A stretch of DNA of 38,533 bases from the NCBI GenBank assembly GCA_051942165.1, contig JAVECS010000030.1:1-38533 (forward strand), read 5' to 3'. Under the pieces are notes generated by a model that saw nothing but the letters and a program-made list of their open reading frames with translations, searched no databases and was not told the DNA's origin. The first letter of the stretch is position 1; every line of letters begins with the position of its first letter. The translations under genes were made by a program, and so were the position numbers. Shown in pieces: positions 21,949 to 32,045 of this stretch. The stretch comes from Circinaria calcarea (lineage: Eukaryota).

Positions 21949-23871
21949 ATGGAGAGATTCGTAGAGGATTCGGTCATGGATATACTCATTCCGGAAGCTT
22001 CCCAGTTGGATATCGAGGATGCACTCAGCTCTACGGATACAGCAGACGAATCGGCATTGATCCCTACAATACCACAGAGGAATGTACTTTTCTTTGGTAT
22101 GACGCTGATAAACGGCACTTTGGGTACAATCTCTTACTCATTCTTAGGAAATGCGCAGATGAACTAGTCCCTATATATGTTGTTCTACGGACGCCTTACC
22201 AAGATGAGCAGAGTCTTAAAGCCTATATTGCCAGACTCGCTGTTGCCTTAGAAGCCCACGCTGTCAGCTCTCCCTCTACGGAAGGACATCCAAGCGGTGT
22301 TCGAAATGGAACTTTTGGAGGACAAACCAGAGATGTCATATGGTCTGAGAAAGTGGATACTGCGGAAGAACCAGTAATAGTGGTGGAAGAAGCTACAGAA
22401 CATGATGATACAAGAGACATGTTTGTGATCTGGAAACTCATCGCACATCTGAGTGCGTTACTTCAAGTTCGCGCAATGGGATTAATAGCGCTCATGCCGT
22501 GCAGGTCGTCCTAGGCTGCGTTTGCAGATTCCGGCCATTCTCTTCAAACTTTCCGCTTCTCTACGGCCCACAGAGGATGAAGTTCTGGCTGACCTCAGTG
22601 ATCCGTTTCTACCGAGTGGAGTGCCACTCCCCGCCAATCTACTACAACCTCTGCAAGATGACCCAGAACTGAAAGGCATGGAGCCACGACTGTCGGCGCT
22701 CAGACTATCTCGAGCTTTACCATCCATGCGCGCCCGACGTCCCGAAACAAAACCACTAAAAGTAGCGTCAAGGAGAGCTGTGCGCGCAACTTCGGCAGTG
22801 AATGCACGAGTCCGCTATCATAGGTCCAAGATATCAGCTCGGGATTCTGTTGTAACGGCTTCTCTAGATATAGAAATACCGCCAATTGTCAGCTCCATCA
22901 CGGAGATCAAGTCTATAGATTTGGATTTTAAAGAAGGCGAAATAGAGATGATGGCTAAAGATTATGTGTTGAAGCTTCCCATGAGATGCCAACCCCGAGA
23001 CAATACTGTCTTCTTCTATTATTTAACTCTCGGTCCAGCGTTTACCGACAGAATATCCACAGCGTCCAATTCCAAAGCGCTAGAGATATCAATCGATGCC
23101 ACTGTCCTCGTCTCCGAGACCTGTCACCCACGGATCGAGATGCGCTGGAGAACGCATGTTGATTTCTCGACCGCGTTGAATCCAGACTTCAGGCGTCCTG
23201 GGCAGTCCATGCAGCGAAGCAGCCGCCCAGCAAACCTTCCAAGTGTAGGAGCACCCGCATCGACTATGCAGAACACAATTAATACCACGAAGGTCTCCTC
23301 AGAGTCATATCGAAACATGCAGGATCTTGCTCCCCTTAAAGAAACTGGCATTACGGTAACTTTCACTGCCCTAGGAGAGGTCTATGTCGGCGAACCGTTT
23401 CGTTGGGACGTTTTCATTGTAAACCACTCGGGTAAATCAAAACAATTCTCTGTCATGGCTATTCCAAGACGCACCAGAAGATATTCACAGACTATGTCAT
23501 CCGCAAATTCGAGAGTAGAAATCGACTACCATCAGACTGCAGAGGCGGTCCTTGATGAGAACACCCTCTATACGATGAAGAAGAAAGGCAGTCCGGGAAC
23601 TGCACAACTGGTGTGTCTGACGACGGAGATCAAAATTGGGTATGCTTCAAACTCCACCCTGAATATCTCTTCAAGCATTGCTTACGCATCAACAATACAT
23701 AGACCTCTTCATCCTGGTGCATGCCACACCGCAGAACTCAAGTTTCTCCCACTGGCAAAAGGGTTATTGCAATTGGAAGCGGTAAGGTTTGTTGATATCG
23801 AATCGGGAGACACGGTTGATGTGAGGAATTTACCAGATGTCATTGCCGTGGAAAAGGCTTTGGAGGACTGA
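21949..23871 (+). CDS. TRS65: TRAPPII complex subunit Trs65 (~581 aa); start codon tentative
   Basis: Exons 21949-22096, 22159-22452, 22505-23639, 23703-23871. Motifs QRNVLFFDE, LSRPRLRLQ, CHPRIEMRWRTHVDFS, VYVGEPFRWDVFIVN and IKIGPLHPGACHTAELKFLPL..LQLEAVRFVD are typical of fungal Trs65. Confidence 0.85.
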
Positions 23872-24901
23872 GGTATTCAGGCTGGGCTTTTGTACTTGGA
23901 AGTCATATTAGCAGAAGAACGGTTCATTATGGCAAGGCACTCGAAGATAGCCAGGCCATTATTGGCTTAAGGGGGGTCTGCCGTATGGCTGCTCATTATC
24001 CAAACAGTTTTACGTTGAGTATATTAAGAGCAGGAATTTTCCTTCGCGAATGCTTCTTCTCAGTCATCCATGTCATCAACGCATGGAAAGCTGAGCCAGA
24101 AGTCATGGCTGTAGAAATGGACCTGGTCCTGTTCTGAATTCGCCTAAGGTTGGATTGATCCAATAGATAATTTGGAGTCGGATCCGGTAAAATCAGGAGA
24201 CATGGGTTTATCTCAAGGACGCAGCCCTGACGGTAAACGAAAGAAGTGAGGTCAGGTAGATATGTGACGGGATGAAATACCTCGAATGAAGTTGCAGCAG
24301 AGAAGAGCGTTTATAGAGACAGGTCGATGGTTGGACTAGCCGCTTGGAAGGAGTCAGATGGAATCATTGGCCGGGATCTTCAGGAGATGACTCCCATTAG
24401 ACTTTGCTAGGTGCTCTGGGCAACCTCTGTGGAGCTCGAATGGTTGAATGAGCCCGTTGAGTCCGTCTCATCTAACCATCTGGGCCCTCAGTTCGTCGTT
24501 GAGACGAGGAGGTTCGGAACGGCCCGGATATGCCCAATCCCTCTAAAGTATCGAATGATCAAACTGTCTGTATTTGCATACTTGTCGTCCCAGCTACTTA
24601 AAACAATGATGGTGGCTACCTGATAGCCAACGTTCGACGTACCCAAGTGAGTACTGCACCGCTGTATCGAAATGATGCCGGTCCTGGTCGGCCCGCTTGC
24701 CAACACGTGTGACGCAGCACGGAGTTAGTGGGGCACACTCCAAACACTGCCAGCCGCCGTCTAAATGATACAGCCATCAACTCGACTCTCCTAAGACAGT
24801 CCTGGAGAATATTCACGACCAGCTTCACTCTTGCCGCTTACCGTTTGCTCTCCTCCTCGATTATACCGTCCTCACCAACTGTACCACAGATACCCCCCCC
24901 C

Positions 24902-26136
24902 ATGCCACATCGCTCGGCCCTGCTGACCGACGGCACGGATTTACCTGGGCTTGAAAGTACACTCCTGCACGGCTCTTTGCCTACATCTAACGAAAATACT
25001 CACAATATGGAGACGGCGCGACAGAGGTTCTTAAGAGTACTGAACTCGAGATATCTATACGGCAGAGTGGTGGGCGCCTTCCCTCTCGTTATATTGCGAT
25101 GACTTCTCGATCCTAAGTCGTTTTAGCGACATGTCACAATTATCGTAGGGCTGACCACTTCCAACTCTCTGAAACTTTTAGCCTCTCCTACATGCTATTA
25201 TATTCCTGATCGAAATGGCCATCACATCGAGGCTAATAGCCAAGTTCAACTCTTACTATGCAGCGAAACCAAGTATGCTCCAAGGCAGACAGTGCCCTTT
25301 TTCGGTTTTGATCGCTAACGACTTGAGCAGTCCTTACGATTATGATGACGAATGCCGTACGATCCTCCCTTTCTTCCCTAGTCTCGACCCCTATACATCA
25401 GGTTGATTGAGCTCTTACAGAGACTGAATTTTATGATAGGTCCTTGGGGGTATAGCAGATACCGTCGCCCAATCCTTGACCGCGATCCGACAACGTGCTG
25501 TGAGACAACCGGGGGGGATACAGGAAAACGACTTGGTCGCAATCGAGATCCATGAGTTAGACAAAAAGAACCCATGGCCGGCCCATGAGCTAATTCCTGC
25601 GTCTCGAAATCTACCACCGCCTTTCGACTTCGAAAGGTTGACACGCTTCATGGCTTATGGGTTCATAATGTCACCGGTCCAGTTTCATTGGTTTGCATTC
25701 CTCTCAAGGTCATTTCCAATCACAAAGCATAGTGGTGCGATTCCAGCTCTCAAACGTGTCGCCCTAGACCAGTTGATGTTCGCACCTATAGGTAAGCTTT
25801 TCGAGCCATGTGGCGTCCTTTCAAAATAACGGGTTTGTAGGCTTAGCATGTTTTTTCACCTTCATGACAATTGCCGAAGGTGGTGGCAGGAAAGCTGTAG
25901 GTCGGAAGTTTCAGGACGTGTATCTGCCGGCGCTGAAAGCCAATTTTATGATTTGGCCTGCTGTACAGATCCTGAACTTTCGTGTCATTCCCCTTCAGTT
26001 TCAAATTGTGAGTTATGGAGCTGGTGCTACCTTCAACGTACTTATACTGACCTACAATTTCTAGCCATTTGTGTCCAGCGTTGGGATTGCTTGGACAGCG
26101 TACTTGTCCCTAACAAACTCCTCCGAGGAAGCGTAA
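24902..26136 (+). CDS. Mpv17/PMP22 family membrane protein (YOR292C/Sym1-like), up to 291 aa
   Basis: Exons 24902(or 25007)-25069, 25182-25272, 25331-25356, 25440-25791, 25841-26007, 26065-26136. Motifs P.LT..TNAVLGGIADTVAQ, FDFERLTRFMAYG, KRVALDQLMFAP and LKANFMIWPAVQILNFRVIP..PFVSSVGIAWTAYLS. Confidence 0.9.
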
Positions 26137-26755
26137 GAGGCACGAGTTTGTAGCTACGTCCCTAAGCTACTTCCGTCAGGCTTTCAAGTCGTGGGATTTA
26201 GGCATTTTACAGAGCATTGCTTGCTTCGTTTAAAAAACCTTGGGCTTGCACTCAAATATGTTGGCTGCCGACTGTTTTTGGCCCTCATGTGCTACTCTGG
26301 GAAATGGTGTGGTTGAGCGAGGCGTCTGGTTGTTTCGGAAAGCTCGACATACCCCTAGAGTCATACTGCTTACATAGAATGAGAATCTTGAGTACGGCCA
26401 ACACACCTTTCTCGTGGGCCCGTTCCGTGACTGACTATGCCATCACATCTTGACTATGGATGGTACTAACTGAATAAAGTTATTAGCTTCGCCGCAATCC
26501 AACTGTTATCGTAAAACGGCCATATCAACCAGTCGGGGGAAATTCCTCCGGATTTGCAGATTTTATACGTCACTAGTACCCCCGCCAAAACAAAAAGACC
26601 CCACCAGAGCTCAAAATCTTCAGGAGAAAGAGAACCTCAATAAAAGCTTCCTAGGATAGCTGTACAATTCCTTGTCAATCAACTGAGCCTTATAGGCCGG
26701 AAGCTTATACGAAAAAGATCTAAAGTGTTACTTACTGTATTCGAGAGCCTTCACG

Positions 26756-28119
26756 ATGTCGTTATCCAACAAGCTCGCCATCACCGACGTTGACCTCAAG
26801 AGCAAACGCGTTCTGATAAGAGTGCATCTTTGACTTACAATTCCTGAAAGTCGATTTGACAACTAACTGACAGCCAGGTGGATTTCAATGTCCCCCTTGA
26901 TTCCAATAAGAATATCACCAACAACCAGCGAATCGTCGGGGCCCTCCCCACCATCAAATATGCCTGTGAACACGGTGCCAGAGCTGTTGTGCTCATGTCC
27001 CATCTCGGACGACCTGATGGCAAGAGAGCTGAAAAGTACTCTCTGAGACCCATCGTCCCGGAATTAGAAAAACTACTCGGCAAGAAGGTCATCTTTACTG
27101 ATGACTGCGCGGGCAAGGAGGTTGAGGATACGGTCAACAAGGCGAGTGATGGACAGGTGATACTATTGGAGAACCTGCGGTTCCACCCCGAGGAGGAGGG
27201 CAGTAGTAAGGATGCTGAAGGAAAGAAGGTTAAAGCGGATAAGGAAAAGGTGACGGAGTTTAGAAAGGGGCTCACTGCACTCGGGGATGTGTATATCAGT
27301 AAGGGGCACCCGAAAGGATAGGGAGCAATGGAAAGCTGACAAACTTTGGCAGATGACGCTTTCGGAACAGCTCATCGTGCTCACAGTTCAATGGTCGGCG
27401 TCGACCTGCCTCAAAAGGCGTCAGGGTTCTTGATGAAGAAGGAGTTGGATTATTTCGCTCAGGCGCTCGAGGACCCCAAACGCCCTTTCCTAGCCATTCT
27501 TGGTGGTGCCAAGATATCGGACAAGATCCAACTGATCGACAATCTCCTTTCAAAGGTCAACAGTCTGATCATCTGCGGTGGTATGGCATTCACATTCAAG
27601 AAGACCTTGGAGAACGTCAAGATCGGCAATAGTCTCTTCGATGAAGCAGGCAGTAAGACGGTGGGAGATCTGGTTGAAAAGGCCAAGAAGAATAACGTTA
27701 AGATCGTCCTACCAACAGACTATGTCACAGCAGATAAATTCGACAAAGATGCAAAGACAGGGTACGCCACGGATGAGGGAGGTATCCCAGATGGATGGAT
27801 GGGCTTGGATTGCGGCGATAAGAGTATCAAACTGTACAAAGAGGCCATCTCGGAGGCAAAGACGATTCTATGGAACGGACCACCGGGAGTCTTCGAGATG
27901 GACGCTTTCGCCAAGGGAACCAAAGAGGTCTTGGACGCTGCGGTGGAAGCCGCCCAGAGTGGGAAGATCGTGATCATCGGTGGCGGAGACACTGCCACTG
28001 TAGCAGCCAAGTATGGTGTGGAGGATAAGCTAAGCCATGTCTCAACGGGCGGTGGCGCATCATTGGAACTTCTGGAGGGTAAAGACCTGCCGGGTGTGTC
28101 TGCGCTTTCGAGTAAGTAG
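26756..28119 (+). CDS. PGK1: Phosphoglycerate kinase (417 aa, cytosolic isoform)
   Basis: Exons 26756-26821, 26878-27298, 27353-28119. [78 protein letters not shown]. Confidence 0.98.
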
Positions 28120-28166
28120 GCGCAATCGGTATGACTTCTGGGGCGGTACGCCTGATTCATTGTAAG
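28112..28166 (+). other. PGK1: Predicted alternative intron spanning the PGK stop codon; splicing adds exon 28167-28186 encoding R-N-V-P-K-L-stop
   Basis: Consensus donor A|GTAAGT at 28112, branch-like CTGAT at 28152-28156, acceptor TAAG| at 28166; 55 nt long. Confidence 0.7.
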
Positions 28167-28403
28167 GGAATGTCCCGAAGCTCTGATGTCTACTCCGACG
28201 CGTTCTTGGGTTCGCTGTGTAGTACATTTCGCCGTACATAGCTTTACTCTCACTAGATTTCCTCTCCCTTTGACCACGGTTCAACTGTAAGCAGACTGTA
28301 GCCTCATGAAGCGTGAAGTTATCTATGTTTCCTTAAGATGCGATCTGTGTAGTCTAGCGACCATGTATGCAGCCCCGAACGCCCAGTAATGTTGCTTATC
28401 CCG

Positions 28404-28819
28404 TCACTTGTTTGCCTTAACCTTGTCCAGCTCCTCCCTATTGAACACGTCGGTCAGCACTTAGGTCCATACCCCAACTACACTCCGACTTACTTCAGTT
28501 GCTTCGAGAAATCCTCGCTCGTATCATCGTCGTCCCAGCTCTCCTCCCAAAGATGTGTATTCCCTCCTGGCACCTCGGCATCCTCCTGCGGCCAATCTAT
28601 CCAACCATCAGCTAAACCCCAAGACCCAAATCGTACCGGCATTTCCAGGAAGCACGGTAATCGCTAGGTCCACGTACCATCAACGGGAAAGTCCTCGAAC
28701 TCGTCATCCTCTTCCAGAGCTGCGGCGTGCTTCGAGGTGTCGACGGCGGGTTCGGAGGAGGGTTTGTCAGAAGCAATGAGTTTTGCCGTTGACGCGGAGC
28801 CTTGTGCTGTGGCTGACAT
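28404..28819 (-). CDS. SEM1: Sem1/DSS1 proteasome lid and TREX-2 subunit (92 aa)
   Basis: Exons 28819-28678, 28596-28494, 28437-28404. LEEDDEFEDFPVDDW..HLWEESWDDDDTSEDFSKQLKEEL. Confidence 0.96.
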
Positions 28820-29136
28820 GGTGGCGGATGGAGATGGGACGTGAGCTTGATGTTGTACGGTTAGAGACGTTCGGTAGCGTATCTGGTTCTCAATAAAGAA
28901 TTGATGGAGGGCCAGGCAGCTCTTGCCTGCAAAGCACGGACCCCGTATGATATAAGCTCGAGCTATGACGGGCACTCGGGGCACCGACTGTTTTGCGGCA
29001 CACGCTCTCTTCGAAGCCTCAGGAAGCCGTCGTGGATTTACTTTTTCGAATCCTTTTTCTTATAAAATGCTTAGCAGTATAGACCTACTTCCCTTCAAAC
29101 ATTTCGCAATTGCCACAAGTTGGTTATCGAGACACC

Positions 29137-31658
29137 ATGTTGCGGGGATGGCTCTCAAACAAGAAGGCGAACCTGAATGGTTCTACCCATTCATTGAACT
29201 CACTAGAGGAGCCCCAGAACTGTTTGTTAGCCCCTCATAGGCAAAATGATACGTTGTTAATGCCATATTAGTAGAGGCAGCGATGAGAGGTGCCCCATGA
29301 TAGCTCAAACACACCCACAACGATGAAGCTGATCCCGCCTCCTAGCGGCAACCCACATTATGAACGATGACCTCGCATCTGCAGAGGAAGGGCTGAGAGC
29401 CGGCAATTCCTCATTTCACAAGGTTAGTATAGCGTCATCCTCTGGTCCGCCTGCAGCAGATGCTGATGGACAGAGATGTGTGGAGTAAAAGGCTCAGGCT
29501 AATATCTTGTGTTTGCTTCACAACAGCTCGGAAAGGGAATGGTGACGTTTCTGAGAGCGACGCTGGGATTCGAACCCGAGGTCATTCGGGAAGGTAAGGA
29601 ATGTAGGAAATATTGAGAAAGGCCCGCTGATGGATGGACATGATAGCATCCGAACGCCTCTCGGAGGCTGAAACTTCAGCATCGAACGACCATCGACGGG
29701 CACAGCGCGAACCCCATACACTTCACTCCTCGATTTATCCAGCTGGATCGGAGTTCGCCCTCTGCCATGCTGAGGCGCAACTTATGATTGCAGTGGTCGG
29801 CGTACTTAACGAGAACTTGATGGAGAGTATAAAGGGGTTTTATAAGTTACGAAAGGCTTACATGACTCTTGATACTATCTTGGAAGCCGAAAAGAGATAT
29901 ATGCGGACCAGAAACGGAGCAAGCATCAACAGTACGAGGAGGAACTCTTTTAACTCTTTGAGGTCGGACAGATCAGCAAGATCAACCACAGGGATGCCGG
30001 GAGGCTTTGGAGATAGTCCGCCCAGAAGCGCAGTATCACAGAATGCGCCTTACGAGCAGGTCTCGGAAGTAAATCCTTCTGGGAAGCCAGAAGGTCTGTC
30101 TGGACGTTTAGAGAATGGGCCGGATGATGAAGACGAAGAGTTTTACGATGCAGATGAGGTACCTGAGGGAGCATCCATGACAGGAAGCTACTTAGGCCAT
30201 GTGGATGTAAATGCAACGACATCAAGGATGGAAAATACTTCGTTACAAAGCCCCAAAACACCAAACTCTCAAAAATTCTCAACCCCTTTCTCACCTCGGT
30301 CCACTAGAACAGCCCAGGAGATGCTCAATCTAGACCCAGATTCCGACATCTTCACAAACTCGATTGACGCCTTTATCCACTCGGGTTCCAATCTTTTTTT
30401 TGGCCTCCTCCTTCTTCTCATCTCCTTGATCCCACCGGCTTTTGGCAAACTCTTATTCATTATTGGCTTTCACGGGGATCGGGAACGCGGCATCCGTATG
30501 CTTTGGCAAGCCAGTAAATTCCATAACATTAATGGTGCTATGGCTGGCTTGATTGTTCTAGGCTACTATAACAACCTTGTGGGGTTTTGCGATGTTCTTC
30601 CTGATTCGAATCCCTCTGCCGATGAGGACGACCCCGAAAATCTCGGAGGTTATCCGCTTCACCGGCTCGAAAGTCTCCTTGCGGACATGCGCAGTCGATA
30701 CCCAAAGTCTCACCTATGGCTCCTTGAAGAATCACGCATGCAAGCATGTCACCGTCGTCTAGATAAGGCTATTGACCTTTTAAGTGGAGATACAAAGTCT
30801 TCCCTCAGACAGGTCGAGGCGCTCTCAATGTTTGAAAAAGCACTCTATGCCATGTACAGCCACCGCTACCTTCTCTGCGCCGACTCCTTCATAACATGCT
30901 GTAGCCTCAACAACTGGTCTCACGCTCTTTACTACTATATCGCCGGATCCTGTCACGTCGAACTCTATCGTCTCGCAAAGGCCAAGCCCGATACAGTCAC
31001 GGCGAAAAAGCATGCCGAGAAGGCGGTCGAGCTCCTCCAGACCGTCCGCGCCCACGCCGGAAAGAAGAAATTCATGGCACGCCAACTGCCCTTTGACATT
31101 TTCGTCGTGCGCAAGCTCTCGAAATGGGAATCCCGGGCCAAGGAGTGGGGCGTATCGCTCATCGACGCCATCGGCGTCAGCCCCATCGAAGAAATGATTT
31201 ACCTCTGGAACGGCATCAAGCGCATGGACACGCGGCAGCTGGAAGACAGCCTCCAGGTGCTCGCGTGCCACGAGGACCCGGCCCAGAACCCGACCTGGCT
31301 CCGCGAGGGCCTCGACGAAAAAGCCATCCTCGCCGTCCTCCGCGCCGCCACCTACCGGAACCTGAACCGCTGGGACGACGCCAAGAGCCTCTTGCGGAAA
31401 CAGGTTATCGCGTACGACCGGACCGTGTTCAAAGGTCAGCTGAAGGACGACTGGACCTGCCCGACGGCGCACTATGAGATGGGCGCGAATCTGTGGGCGC
31501 AGCGCACGGGGGCCGAGGGCGATGCGGCGCTGGTGAGGGAGGCGCAGGAGTGGGTCGAGAAGGCGGCCAAGTGGGAGGGCTATGAGTTGGATGCGCGGAT
31601 CGGGCTCAAGGTGACGACGGCGCAGGAGACGATGAGGAAGTGGAGGGAGGGCCGGTGA
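29137..31658 (+). CDS. IML2: Iml2/TTC39-family TPR-like protein (752 aa)
   Basis: Exons 29137-29221, 29272-29289, 29346-29422, 29527-29593, 29647-31658. Motifs IMNDD, FLRATLGFE, SIYPAGSEFALCHAEAQLM, FYKLRKAY, GFHGDRERG, NNWSHALYYY, KKFMARQLPFD, YELDARIG. Confidence 0.92.
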
Positions 31659-31866
31659 GTGGAGAGGTAGTAGGGAGGTAGTTATGAGGATGAGGGATTG
31701 ATTGGGTGATTATGGGGGTTACGAAATGGGAGGAGGGAATAGAGGGGATAGAGGGGTATAAGTGTAAGATATGCTCATGGTTACCAAACGCACCGTACAC
31801 GTATGCCTCTGATGAATATATGAATTGAATTGAACCGCATCATTGCGGAAAGTCGCTCATTGGGGG

Positions 31867-31895
31867 TATCTATCTATCTATCCATCCATCCATCC
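31867..31895 (+). repeat. Compound (TATC)n(CATC)n microsatellite between convergent IML2 and NUP120
   Basis: tatctatctatctatccatccatccatcc read directly from the sequence. Confidence 0.85.
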
Positions 31896-32045
31896 GTCAC
31901 CAATATCAATCCTCCCCACCAAAAAGGTATCCCCTTTACTTCCCTCCCTCTCACCTCCAAAACCCGGACCTAAACCCGAGCGAGCACCCGTCGAATAGGA
32001 ACGAGATACGGAAAACAAAAAAGACAGCCGCCGCCTACTCACACC

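Noticed and set aside
23872..24900. Possible hidden gene or ncRNA in the 1-kb TRS65-Mpv17 gap
   Set aside because: Only short ORFs without motifs and no recognisable RNA structure. CACGTG and TGACGCA near 24704-24716 are too short to call alone.
28117..28134. Stop-codon readthrough of PGK as the PTS1 source
   Set aside because: TAG GCG is not a readthrough-prone context, and the extension (x-A-Q-S-V-stop) has no PTS1. The splice route fits instead.
28820..28984. 55-aa N-terminal extension of SEM1 in the ORF track
   Set aside because: It begins at GTG inside the divergent promoter. ATG 28819 has good context (GCCACCATG) and gives a normal-sized Sem1.
29560..29582. GGGTTCGAATCCC on the minus strand resembling a tRNA T-arm or B-box
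   Set aside because: No acceptor, D or anticodon stems are present. It is the antisense of the codons for the LGFEPE motif in IML2 exon 4.
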